DNA from: Sphagnum compactum
Taxonomy: Eukaryota
Direction of reading: 5' to 3'
Length of the DNA stretch: 64,000 bases
Assembly: GCA_965153455.1 (NCBI GenBank)
Contig: OZ234493.1
Coordinates: 23,798,213-23,862,212, forward strand
Part shown: in pieces, positions 25,301-38,400 of the stretch
How the letters are laid out: each line of letters starts with the position of its first letter
Position numbering within the stretch: position 1 is the stretch's first letter
Program-made: the position numbers and the translations under genes
Notes under the pieces: generated by a model
Databases searched by the model: none
Told to the model about the DNA's origin: nothing
The model's input: only the letters and a program-made list of their open reading frames with translations

Positions 25301-27002
25301 GTTCTGGACTATGCTGTTGTCAGTGTATATCCCACCCAAAGTATGGCACGGGATGTAAGGATCTCTAGTAAGCACCACTTGAACGATTGTACTGAACTGT
25401 GATGGCAATTGGGCATTTATTGTCTGGCTGCAGTACAAGTCACAAACCAGCCTTCCTGAGCTCACAGGAACAGGTTGGGATCTCTGTTTCCAGACAAGGT
25501 ACATGTACTATCCATATATGATCACCCATAGTAGTACATGTGACAGGCTTATCAAAGGACAGAAGCAATCTTGGGCATGATTGACTTCACTCAACTAGTT
25601 GTTTGGGGTGTTTGCAAATGCAGCTCTTCCGCCATTGAGGTGCCGATAATGAGCTTGGCCTTTCCAAATGGAGATATCTTTGAAATCAGTTATGGATTGT
25701 TGGGAGTCTATGATTCTACAGTGAGTCCTTCTAACTCATAGCTCAAAGCTTTTGTAATTATTTCTCTTTATGTGGAACTGCTGGGAGTTCACATGTAGTT
25801 CATAACTCTGCAATGTCAAGTCTTCATGTGTTCAATGAGACCTAGCATGTGCTTTATATTATGATCCCTATGTCATGGGTTATTTTGAGTTTTGAATCAC
25901 GTCTTTAACTTCTCAGTCTTGGTTTGTGTTCAGATGACTACTCAGCTGGGATTTTGTGTGGGAATCATGGATAGTGGCTCCACACAATCAATCATAGGGC
26001 GTATGTTTTTGACCAACCCTTCCTTAATACCAAAATCTTTTGTCTTTTGCATTCACTCACCATTAGATATGTGCTTGCCAGTCCTCTGGCATGTGTGATA
26101 GTAATGATGATGTATGCATTGTTTGATTGCTGCAACTAACCAAGAAATTTATATGCATGTCTAGACTATTTTAGATGTGTTCATGGATGAAGTTTTTCTT
26201 GTCTAGCCCTCCTAAGACAATGAGACATATGTTGAAACAATACCCAAGTGAGGAAATTTGGGATTTGAAATCTGATGCCATTAGTTAACATGTCACAGAG
26301 AATTTTATGACAAACTACTCCATCACATTCAACCGGCAAGATATGCTGTTGGGGTGGACTGCTTCTGATTGTAAGTTGCTCTTCATGCAACCCTGAACCA
26401 TGGCATCTTCACAACATTGTGCTGTGTTTGTGTCACTCAATACTTGCACTGTCTTTTCTATGCAGATAATTGGTTACATCTTTGCTGCTCTAGCATACAG
26501 AATAAACAAAGTTCAATCTATAGTTGAGACAATTATCACATTTGTGGAATCCTAGATTGGGCATCTTAATGTTGGGAGTTGGAATTGGGGTGGTTTGGTT
26601 GCAGGCCAAATGCTTTTAACAGGATCAACAGGAGTGTCAACCCCTCCGACTCCTTCAACTCCTTCAACCCCTCCAATTCCTTCAACTTCTTCAACTCCTT
26701 CAACATCACTACCTGCCCCTGTTCCATCCTCTATCCCCACTCCTATTCCTGCCTCCTCTCCAGCCGCTGATTCTGTCTCCTCTCCTTCCCCTTCTGGCTC
26801 TATCAAATCTCCTCCTCCTCCTCCCATGTCTACAAAATCTCCTGCTCCTTCAACCATCACTCCGAAATCTCCCCCACCTCCACCTACATTGCCACAAGTT
26901 AATCTCCCATTTGGTTCAACAGCTGGTAATCCATCTCCCTCAACTTTGCTTGCAATGTTCTTGTCAGGGCTGCTCCTCTGCATCACCATGACACCTCAAT
27001 AG
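22394..27002 (+). CDS. Secreted A1-family aspartic protease (atypical/nucellin-related group) with Pro/Ser/Thr-rich C-terminal extension and probable GPI signal, ~607 aa
   Basis: Exons 22394-22758, 23218-23359, 23652-23890, 24204-24446, 24778-24913, 25434-25498, 25624-25720, 25934-26000, 26299-26370, 26605-27002; all phases are consistent. Signal peptide, HKFSD prodomain, catalytic LDTGSDLLW and FDTGTSYTYL, FGCASVQTG..GAAPDGLLGLG, SIIGQNFMT, and a hydrophobic C-terminus LLAMFLSGLLLCITM. Confidence 0.95.
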
Positions 27003-28391
27003 AGAGAACCTCTGGAGCCATACAAATTACAAAGTCAGTTCAATTTGTATGGTCCTCAGTATTCCTGAATAGCATTCCAACTTCAACCTGCTGAGAGAAC
27101 CGTAGGAAATTTCCAAAAGCTTCCTGCCATTTTGAGCAAAGCTAGAAATCTATCTACTTCATTGATGCTGTATTGTACTGGGATTTTTCCCACCTTCAGA
27201 GGAAAGCATTTCCTGCTTCAGATTTTATGTAAAAGAGAAGCTGTAGCTCCTGTTAAGTTGTTTGTGATTTGTCTCAATTATGAGAAGTGGATCAAAAAAA
27301 TGTCCACAGAGAGTATACAGATACCAGCTCTCAAGTGTTGTACTACTCCGAGGTTGCTTCAGAATTGGAAAACATTCTGAGTTGCATGAGTGCTGAGTCA
27401 AGAAATGCTGCTTTTATTGTTATGAAAATGCTGCTTTTTTGTATGCATATATGCTTCAAAATTTTATCATTAGCAGCAAGCATACTTAGACCCTAAAGTT
27501 GATTTTTGCCCATCTCTAACCGCTCAATATGGAATGAGAGTCCAGTACATGCTTCATGATATACAAGTGCAGTTTGAGGGAAGAGAGCTGAGGCAGCAGC
27601 CGAGGCAAATGACCAAGAAAAGTGAGTCGGAGGTTCGAGGGTTCCAACTTCCCTGTATGCAAAAGATATTATCTCTGCTTCTCAATTCTCTTTCAGTCTT
27701 ATACTTGGGTCTATGGAGGTTGTCGTGGGAATTCCTGTAGGATTTGACCCATTGACCTTTGTTGCTTAATGAAAGTACTGATAATATTCCAAGCTAATTT
27801 GCAAATGTGTTGATGAATGGGTGTACATAGACTAAGACATGTATAACATGCTTTAGAAAAGTCTCTGATTGGCCAGTATCCAGCATGGTATGCAAATTCC
27901 ATAATGGCTTTTTCCTCGCAAAAACCTAGATTTTTTCCTCGGGAAAAAAATGAAAGAGGCTCTAAAGATAACCACCTACCTATAACCAATTCTGATGTTA
28001 GGCTTGGTAGAGGTGGATTGCACCCTTAACCAAACTGTGGGGCCTGCAGAAGTGATTTGATCCTTTCTTGGCTTGTTCACTTAATCTGGAGCTGCCACCT
28101 TTGAGAGCTAGGGTGGTTGTGGAATGGTGAGTACTGGATATAAATGGGGATCAGTTAGTTAGTTGGGAGTGTGCTTTCCTTCTTGGCTCTTTCATTTCTG
28201 AACTCTATTTTCCTTCTGCTCATGGGAAGCTGGCAATTTCTTCTTTGCTTAGTAGGGGCAAACCCAGCAAAGTAGTAATAATAACAAGCTTCATGTTCAA
28301 ACCTTTCTTCAGAATTTTTGTTGTATATAAATTTTTGTTGTAATTTTTTGTTCCCAAACCTATTTGTAATGGTGGGACAATAGCTTCTGCA

Positions 28392-31330
28392 ATGCAACTT
28401 GCAAAAGTTGTGATCAGTCTAATGATGACCAAGCTGCAAGGACTCAAATCATATGCGTACTTGGATCACTACATATGTGTTCTCCACTTGGAGTTTCACA
28501 TAGCATTGGCTCTTTTGAATATCTTTGCAGTCATGGGCAGTGTGTCTGCAGTTCTTCCCACCGGAAGACAAGACTTCACAGATTATTTCAATGTGGGATG
28601 GGCCAACAACCACGTGACCTTATTGGACAATGGAACCTGTGTTCAGCTCAAGCTTGACAATCAATCTGGTAAAGCTCTACACCATCTTCCAGTTCAACTT
28701 AATTTCTGTCCATGATAGTGCTCAAGAGGTCCTTTCTTGAATTTGCCTCATTTCACTATGACATGAAATTAAGGCATTTGGCAACATTTTCTTTAGGATG
28801 TAACATCCTGATGGAAGTTCTAATGTAGAAGAGACTTAAATTAAACAGGTTAGTACATTGTGTTGTCAAAAGATGGGATACCATTCAAATTCCATGTGAC
28901 AAAAAGATATTGCAATTTGGTTGTAAAATTTGGGTGAAGCTTCTCATGTGATAAAGGTAGATTTTAAACTATTCCTTACATTCAGAGTTCCTGAGTCATA
29001 TATGATGTGCTGACAACATGTAATTTGCATTTGCAGGATCTGGCTTTGTAACAACTAAGTCATACTTGTATGGTTACATAAGTGTGGACATCAGGCTAGC
29101 GAGGGGTGACTCCTCTGGCTCTATAACTTCCTTCTATGTAGGTACTGAACTAACCTTCGTCAAAGCTTCATCTTAGCTACTATTGTCTTGATTTGCATTG
29201 TTACCATGGTCCCTCATTGAGTCTCAGTGCTCCTGATTTGATGAAGAAATATCAGTTTCATTTCACAGGTCTCTCATAGTCCATTAACTTGTTGGGGGAA
29301 CCCATGCCATAGTAGAAGAAATGGTAGATCACAACATTCCTTCGTAAAGTGTTGTATTTTCCATGCTTTTTTGGCATGAAATGCATGAGTGGGGGTAACA
29401 GGAAAAGAAAGTCAAAGTAAATATGCTAAGTTGTGAATTAAAGTACAAAGAAGTTTCAGAAGCTATGGGTCTTAAGATACGGTTGGAGATCAATTGTAGC
29501 ATATTCCATGTTTGTGGGATGGAGTTTTAACTTTTGAAGTTGACCACATATGTGTGATGTGGGGTTGTGAATGCAGTTGTCATCAGTATATGAGCCACAC
29601 GAGGAACTTGACTTTGAGTTCTTAGGGAGCTCCTTAGGGCAACCTATTATCCTTCAAACCAATGTGTTTGCCAATGGGAGTGGCGGTCGGGAACAACGGT
29701 TCAATCTTTGGTTTGATCCCACTCTCAATTTCCACAGTTACTCCATCATTTGGAACCGACAACAAATCATGTAGGTCTTCTCATCACCCCTATCCCTACA
29801 GACTCTTTAGTTCAATTGGGGAGCAAAGAAATTCCTCTAACTTGTGACAGCATGCACACGTGTCAATAAGCCTTGAAAACTTTATCATGCAGCAAGAAAA
29901 AGAATCTTTGAATAATCTTGGAACTCAAGGGGGGTGCTTATGCATACTGAGGATCTCTTTCTTTTAGGCTGTTGCGATCAGAGTTACATGCAACATTGAT
30001 GTAATCACAACAACCTAATGGACAAAGTCATGTTTCTTGCTTTCCATTGGAGAGTTGTAACTGGGCTGAACTCAATCCAACATGAACTTCCACTTCCATT
30101 TGAATGAATTCTTAAATACCATGTGTTTCTTGCAAGAGTGTTGAAATGACATAAAAGTGTCAATGACCTTAGCTATTGTCTTGAACACAAATCTTGAGCC
30201 TATCAATAAAAGTGGACTTCTTGATTGTTTAATCCAATGATGCAACCTTCTAATGCAATCTTGGCTAATGAATAACACACTTGGAAGTTGAAATAACATG
30301 AAGTATGAAATCCAATCATGATGCTTAGTCATATATATATATATACCATTGTATGTGAGGTTTGACAATCAGGTGCCAAATAATTGTTTTATTTTTCAAA
30401 ATCCACTTTGGCAATTAGAAAATAATTTATGAAGTTTCAGCAACAAATATAGCCAGCTTCTTTGGCAGGTTTTCTAGACTTTGAACCTATAACATAATGA
30501 GACCTTTAACAACAATTTTTATTGCTTCTTTTTTGCAAAATTGGGGAGACATAATGTTTCACCAAAATATAGGTAGAGAAATGTTGTCAGTAATTTGGAT
30601 ACTTGCTCTGCAATGGTGGACTAGCCAGAAGCAAGAAGCTCTTGAGTTTCCACCAATTTTCGTATTTTTTCCCTCCCTTGTAATTTCATTAACTTTGAAC
30701 ATTTTAAAAAATAATTTAATTACCACCAAACCTAGAAAGGTACTACAGTATATCAAAATGCTTAGTTTTGTCAGCTGATTACGTATAGAAATTGTGATCA
30801 CATAAGCAATAGGTAGTGCCAGGAAGATATTGGGTTTTGGGTTTGTAAAATGAGAAACTCTTCTTCATTTCCTCTCTTCAATCCCTCACTTCCACTTCCT
30901 AACAATCTATGGCGTGATTGGGTGCAGATTTTATGTTGATTCTATGCCTATAAGAGTCTATAAGAACAAGGTGGGTGTCCCATATCCAAACAAAGGACCA
31001 ATGTTACTATATGCAACACTATATGATGGAGATAGTTGGGCCACAGATGGAGGACAAACAAAGATGAATTGGAGTAGTGGCCCTTTCGTTGCATCCTACA
31101 CAAACTTTTTCGTGGATGCATGTCAGTGGTGCAACGACTCGTCTTCGTTTCTAGTACCAAGTCTTTGCTCATTCCTACAATCTACACTTTGGTGGGATGG
31201 AGTAAATTATCAAACTTTGAATGCCAGTGATCAAGTCCAGCTTCACAACATCCGCTCTAAACACTTGATCTATGATTATTGTGCTGATACTAATCGGTAC
31301 CCTATCATTCCACAAGATTGCCTTCCATGA
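28392..31330 (+). CDS. XTH: Xyloglucan endotransglucosylase/hydrolase (GH16), ~324 aa
   Basis: Exons 28392-28668, 29037-29137 (101 nt), 29577-29770 (194 nt), 30928-31330; the internal exon sizes are the canonical XTH ones. Motifs [77 protein letters not shown] and IYDYC.D..RYP. The start Met may instead be 28422 or 28425. Confidence 0.95.
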
Positions 31331-31423
31331 AGTGATCTAGTGGTTAACCCGCTACATGGTTGGTTACTCTTCCCACACTTGAAAGTAAACATCTTGTAGT
31401 CAATTGACTTGTAGTCTAACAAA

Positions 31424-31548
31424 TGACCCCACTTGCATTTCAAAGACCAGTTGCCCAAATAACGATTGCCACTTCCATTCTACTCTCCAACTGACCCCAC
31501 TTGCATTCAAAGACCAGTTGCCCAAATTACAATTGCCACTTCCATTAT
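31424..31548. repeat. Tandem duplication, ~68 bp x 2, downstream of the XTH stop
   Basis: tgaccccacttgcatt(t)caaagaccagttgcccaaat.ac.attgccacttccatt occurs at 31424 and 31492. Confidence 0.9.
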
Positions 31549-33127
31549 CTCTCTTCTTTCATAGTCCATCCCTGCAAGTTATTATCTTCATTGAACTCTA
31601 GATGAACATTTCCTACTACAGGTGCTCTTGCAGGGCGGGCTCACATTGTGCATTTTTTCAGCCCAAAGAAGATTCAGAGTGTATTTTAGTAAATATTCAT
31701 CCTCCAAAAAGCATTGTAAAGGCCCATTTACTGCCGCTGTCGTTGAGCATGATGTTAGGTCGGGTATTGCAAACCAAACCCTCGTGCATAGCATAACAAC
31801 CATGGGTTTTCTCAAATCCTGAAATCAGATAATATTTCTCAGACAGGCCAAATTGTCACTACTAGGTCATGAAATTTGTTGAAAATTTGTGCTACACGTA
31901 TTTAGGCTTATGACAAGCTTCACCTCATGCTTTTTCGTGGGTAAGGCCCTCAAATGGTGGAACATAGGAGTAAGGTCCCTCCCACTCCTAAATAGTAGGC
32001 ATAAGATCCATCCCTCTCTTATTGCTTTGTGCTCCACATATTTAGGCTTATGATAAGGCTCCCCTTGTGCTTTATGATGGAGAAGGCCCACAAGTGTGAA
32101 TCCACAAGTTGTAAACACCCAGTTATAATTTGGTAAAATGATATACCCCCCAACACTAATTTGAACAATATTAGTTCTTTTTAATTAACCCCCTGGTTGC
32201 AGAACTCGAAGAACCACGGAACACCGGTTAGTATGTAGCTAAGGGCTAGTGGGTTGTTTGTATGTTAGTGAGGGAACTGGAACAGAAAAGTGTTGTCCTA
32301 TCCATGCACCATCCATCCATGATCTTGCGCTGCCGGCCTTAGTTCACTCCTGGCCTATAAGAAAGGTTTCTAGAACCAATCAATCCTTTCTCTTCAAAAT
32401 CAATTGCACAAGAAACAGCTCTAGTGTTATACACTTCTAGATCAGCACCCAACACTATCAAAACTAACAAAGTTACACACATCAACACATGAACATGAAT
32501 ATAAGAAATGTATAAAATGTATAGACAGACCAATATTGGGTGGTTATCATAAACAGGAACAGACTCGAACCGGTGGTTCTTTAAAGATTCAAATAACCAC
32601 ACAACAGTGGTACAGACCCAACACAGGATGAAAGCACAAACTTGTAAGAAACTGATCAAATTCAGAAACTAGTATCACTGGAAGACAAACAAAAAATTAT
32701 GGCCGTATGGAAGAAGAGGATCTGGAGCTTCAGGTGCAGCATCATCTGGTTCAAATACTGTTAACCCTCTCCTCAATAAAAAAACTTCATCTTCTTCAGA
32801 AACCAAAACTGTGCAGAATAAATGGAACACGGACGCAGTCTGAGTCCAAATCCAACCCCAAATGGCACTTTCCAGATTCTTAGAATGCTGAAACCAGTCT
32901 CTGAAATTCCCTTTAGAATGTGATAAATACCATACAAGAGAACTTTACCCTGCCTGATGCCACAGGAATTGAACAATGTTTGTTTTCCATGATCTGTGCA
33001 AAAAATGTTGTTGTGCAAGGATGTACTTGGGTCATAAGTTTGAAAACAGGCAAGGAAGTACCCTGCACTTGTAGCAGTGTTGCAACAGCTTCCAAACCAT
33101 CTTGTGTTCTTCTTCAGAAGTTCGAGG

Positions 33128-36100
33128 TCATATGGCCCATTTGGGAAGTGGGCACTCATATGCCCACCCGCCGCTTGCATACCGCACACAATGCAACCAG
33201 AGTCCATCTTCATCTCCTCCATACCTGCAACACCCCTAAGGCTGTCATGTTTCTTGTCCATTCAGAGACACCCCAAAAACTGCACAGAACCATCACAAAC
33301 CCTGTCTTCAAGCAGCTCTATAACTATATGATGGTCAACAAATCAACACAGACGTGTGTGCATGACCTGTCTGTTTGTATGGAACAACCAGCAGAAATTT
33401 CTGTGAAATCTATGACTGTCAATGAACCTATGTTCTAAGTCAACTGTGTGCTCTCACTCTTGGCAAATCTGCAAATTGAATCTATTATATTGATGATGAT
33501 CAGACCTTAAACCTCAATCTGAGGGGATACAGAACCCATACCCTGAAGGCTCCAAGTTTGGGCAATGTGTACACATTGGATCTATCACAAACTCTGGCTT
33601 GCTGACATCCAAGCTTCCATGTGACAAAGCATCCAGACAGCAATGTCCTTCCTCCCTCCCATTACTTAGGTCATTTGCAGTTGTAAATTTGCTGTGGCCT
33701 TTCTCCTTGTCAGCTGACAATTTGTTTCCAGTGCCACCAAACTCTGATATCTCTGCTGCTGCTGCTGCTGCCACCCCAGAGGATTGTCTTCCCTCACCAT
33801 TAAATGGTCTTTGCAGATTAGAAGTCCAACTCTTAGAGATAGCCCTTTGCTCAACTTGATTTGGAATAATTACCTCATCATACAATGATCTTGCATCCTT
33901 CATACTGCATATTGTAGATGATGATGTAGCTGATTCACCTTCAGATGCTCTAACAGAACACCTTTCTGCACACACTGAAAGATGATCCTTGGCTGCCCTA
34001 TCTGCACTGGTATTGAGTTTGGAGCGTTTTGCAACATTAGCTTGCAAATAAAGAGCATCATTTGCAATCGGGTGACCCAAATGTTGCAAATGTACCCGAA
34101 TCTGCACATGCAAATTGCATGTCATTTATGCCTGAAACCACATGCCCCAAAAAACTCTTCTCCCTTCAGAAACACCTTGGCATGCATATGACAAACCAAA
34201 TCTAGCAAAGAATACAATATGCTGGGTCTTGATAAAATTGCAGAAGAGGTGGAGAGATAGACTTGGATTGAAAAGGTGGCAAGCTGGTTGGTCAATTATC
34301 AGTGGCACATCATATCTCCATATCTAGCCATTACTGACTAACCTCAATTCAAGGACTTGAGCCAAGCATAGCAAGTGTGTCTGTCAGTTCATCAACTGAC
34401 GTTCATAATAACTGTTATTTTTCGGAACAAAATGCAATTGATGTCTTGGCCCTACCACCAGCAATGTACCTGATGGGTGCGACCTGTTTGAGGCATACAA
34501 CGCACAAGACTGTAGTTCCCATCGGTGCTAAGTCTTTGGAACCTGGTGCATGCATCTTTGTACTTTGCATCAGATTCTTCTGCCTGAACTCCTATGGTGC
34601 CTCCTTCCTTGGAGGTCAGCAAAACCTTTCCTTCCCTTCCACGTGTGGAATTCTAACCTACCAAACAAATCAAAATGAACAAAATGCTAGAAATTAACCA
34701 CCACTTTTCCATAATAGTAACCAGAGGAAATACCTGAGCAGCATGTTTGGATGTTCACTGAAATCCAGTTGGTAGAGGATTCCAAATATCCATTGCCCAA
34801 AATCGACCCATCAGTAATTTTTCAAATGCAATGAGCTCATTGCAAGTGTGGACTGAACTTCTCTCCACTCTAACCTCCAAGGCTCTGACCGGAACGCCTT
34901 GTTTCCACTCATGTCTGGAACTGTAGTTTGGAGCCAACATGATACAAGACTTTCAAGCTCTGTACCAGATTGGACTATTAACATTTGATTGGTGGACATC
35001 AATATCACTGAAATCAGGATCACCACAACCTGAGACAACAGAATAAGGGATTTCAAGAAGAAGCTGATGATTACCTTCACAGAACTTTTGCCTTCTTTGG
35101 CATTATAGATGACTGCTGCATTTACCTCCACCTGTACAACAAGGCATCAAATTGGTACCAGGCTGGCTACATGCATCTATCAATCCCAGAGATAAAGTAT
35201 GCAGTGCAAAGGGAGAAATTTCAGTTGGACAAAAAAACCCATCAATCAAACTGCCAAAACAGTAGTCCTATGCAAGATGAGGAGTTTCACCAAAACATCT
35301 GACACATTGATGAGAGGGAGACAGGAGAGGAACTGAGATGAACCTCATCAGCTGGAAAGACACCCTTCACTTTGGCAACATACTGCTTCTGAATGCATCC
35401 TCCTTCAATCTGCCAGCAGCAGTCTTAGTAAATTTAGACCGCAGAGTAATCAAACAACCCCATTGCATGCATAAACAGAGAAACTACCTGTCCGTAACAA
35501 AAGTTCATGCAATTGCAACTTTGGAAATCAAGTAATGAAGACAGTAGTCATCACACATATACACGTCCTCCTGGCTGAAGATAAACAAGGGATTGTTCCC
35601 AATGATGTGGACAAACTTGTGAGTCAGGAAGGAGGGAGTGAGGAAACAGCAATTAATAAACTTGCCCACTACATCATCTGTATTGTAAAGAGGGGAATTG
35701 TGTACCTCTTGCCGGAAAAAGTTAGCTGTGTGCACATTCCTTGCCAGAATAAGAAGACCCGACACCAGCCTATCCAATCGGTGCACAGCTTCCAACCAGA
35801 TTCCGCCCCAGGGTCAAGGAGACTTCTGTTTCCTCTTTTTCCCACGTGAACAACTCTAACCCAATAGCTGGAAACTCTTTTAACACACTTGGAGACTCTG
35901 GACAACAGTTTTGGAACTACCTACTATCAGGACTGCAAATTCTTGCCCTTAATTCAATCACTTTTGTTTTTTTATCCCTTTGATAAAGGACAGAACCAAA
36001 AGCCAACAACAACAACAATGGCAACAGCAAATCCTTCTATGTAGATCTCATCAATTCCAGGAATGTAAGCCCCTTGTTCTTCAGAATTTGGGGTTTGAAT

Positions 36101-38114
36101 CTGTGCTGATCTTCAGGTCAACACTCAAGCTACGGCTCTTAGAGGATACGAAAGAGTGGCCCAATGTTGTTATGCTCAGCCTGCAGAATGCCAACCACAG
36201 TGTTCTTGCGGTACTGTCCACATGCATGCACCTGCATTTGTAAACAAATCATGGGTGCTTAGTTCCACTCCCTCTTCCATATGGTCCTCTTTGTTTTCAA
36301 AGCTTCACAATTCCAAACCCCTTGCACACCCTTAATTCTCATAGTGTTTTGTTTTATGCCCACACAAAGCCAGGTACTGAAGTAAGGTCTTACAGGAACG
36401 GATGCCGGCTTGCACACAGTAATGACATCCACACCTTCTTCAAGTATAGTGACTGACTCTGCCATCACAGGTGGTTCATGCCTGTGGTCCCCCACCACAA
36501 CACAACGTCAATCATACTCTATTGCTCTGATCAGGGTTAGCAGCAGAAGTGAAAAACATCTAGAATCAGAAAGACTCTGAGAAAGACCAAACACCAATAG
36601 CATAGTGGAACTCAGCAAATTGACATCCATTCATGGGGGGTGAAGCCTGAACCAGCTGGGAAAGCCCCAACACCAGAAGAAAACATCATCATCAACATCT
36701 TCCACAAATGGAAAACCACAAAATCACTCACTCTCTTATATGACCAACCACCTGCAACCCCTTGCACTCATAACCTTCTTCTCAAGCTTTGTTGCAGAAT
36801 GGATACAGATCAGAGATGATGCAAGGAGGAAAGGAGCCAGGGGGGGGAAAGACTAAGTAGTGTACCTGTGCACAAAATGACTTAGTTTTTGAGAATCATG
36901 TACAATGTATGACGGACTCACAATCTTGCCATCAACTCGGATGCGCCCGCACTCAACTGCTTGCACCTGACATCATTGTCATCATCACTCCCCTACCATG
37001 TCAGCAGCTCAGTCTTTCCTCCCCCCTTCCTTGATGGACAATGATGCCATACAAGGACTGGTTGGGTATTTTCAAAAAGTGCAAAGAATACAAACTGAAG
37101 GAGAAGAAGAAGAAGGTTGTTCCAATGAAGGCAAAAACCTGCACATACATAGTACTCATGAGGTCTTTGTCTGAATTCATTTGCAAAAAGATCCACGATT
37201 GTCTTCCCATCCCATCTCTTCTTCACCTGCATGTATGTGTATGTGTATGTGTATATGCAGCAGCCATAACAAAACAAAACACTCCCATGAAATTCAGCAA
37301 CTACCAACACCCATGACCCACCAGAACACTTTTGTTCTTCAGGTTCTTCTTGAGGTGTTCTTCAGGTGTATCAAAAGCTTCTGCAACAATCTCAAAGTAA
37401 GAAGAAGAAGGAAACGGTGGGAAGAGCCTGGATGGAGAGACTTGATTGAAGTGGAGCTAGCTTGAAGAATCCTCTTACATGTGCCAAAAACTCAAAGAAG
37501 TAAGGTCGCACAATTCGCTTGCCTACATGCAGACAAACAGACAGATAGAAAACAACAACAACAACAACATGAGGAAAACAACAGACGGAGAGATCGAGAG
37601 CTTGCATTTCTGGCTTTCTTGCACTCCTGCTCAGCAAGAGGAAAAAGCAATCAATCAATCACATCCGGGGAGAAGAGAAAATGGGAGATACTGGAGTGTT
37701 TTTTGGGGTGAAGAAGAGGAAGAAGAAGAGCAGAGCCACACCATTGATCAGAAGATAGTCCAGAGAGTTGGGTGGGGTGCTTGGAGTCTCCCACTGGGTG
37801 AGGAGATCAGCAGCCATTTGAGCGTTGAACTTGCCATCATCCATGATGCTCCTCACAACAGCAGTAGTGGCTGTTGCTGCTGCTGCTGATGGGTCAGAGC
37901 TTCTTGACTCCAATTCTGATCTGCGTGTCGTTGTTGTCCCTTCTTCCATATTCCCAACTTCCTCTCTTCCACAATCCAAGCTAATACCACTCCTTCCTTC
38001 ACCACCCGGCAAGCTACATTGTATTCTAGGGTTTAGAGCTTCACCTCCTCCAGGCTCCTCCTCCTGCTCAAGGTTTTGACATTCCTGCGGTGTGATGATC
38101 ATCGTCATCATCAT
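33128..38114 (-). CDS. RluA-family RNA pseudouridine synthase with S4 domain (plant RNA pseudouridine synthase 7 / RPUSD2-like), up to ~603 aa
   Basis: Exons (top-bottom) 38114-37742, 37522-37479, 37226-37149, 36966-36866, 36481-36394, 36231-36150, 35788-35706, 35409-35344, 35131-35075, 34652-34470, 34101-33542, 33224-33128 (TGA). Motifs VRPYFFEF, RWDGKTIVDLF, HRHEPPV, KPASVPVH.CGQYRKNT, catalytic [32 protein letters not shown], CTHCP and GLWLHC. The start may be the ATG at 37949. Confidence 0.95.
38027..38034 (-). promoter_or_regulatory. Telo-box (AAACCCTA) near the 5' end of the pseudouridine synthase gene
   Basis: TAGGGTTT on the + strand. Telo-boxes are common near the starts of plant translation and rRNA-processing genes. 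If functional in a 5' UTR, it favours the ATG at 37949. Confidence 0.4.
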
Positions 38115-38287
38115 GAAGAGGAGCAGAAGGGATCGGATTTTTGGGTGTGTGCCTCGCGCCTAGATTTTCGCAACAACAGCAGTTAGGCATCCCGTAACGG
38201 AGTCTCTATTCCAGAAAGCAAAAGAAGATACCGCTGTCTGTCAGACCAGCAGGAGCTTCTTCCGCTCTCTCTCCCCCTTCTTCAGCC

Positions 38288-38343
38288 ATGGCGTTGCTCA
38301 CTTACGCCCTTGGTAGCGAGGTAAGCTTTGCCCACCACCCCCT

Positions 38344-38400
<57 letters not shown>

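Noticed and set aside
26552..26989. 145-aa Gly/Glu-rich minus-strand ORF
   Set aside because: Antisense shadow of the Pro/Ser-rich last exon of the protease.
31575..33120. Moderately GC-rich stretch with short ORFs and splice-like sites between the convergent XTH and pseudouridine synthase ends
   Set aside because: No recognisable protein motif or coherent exon chain. Probably 3' UTR or non-coding; cannot be resolved without RNA data.
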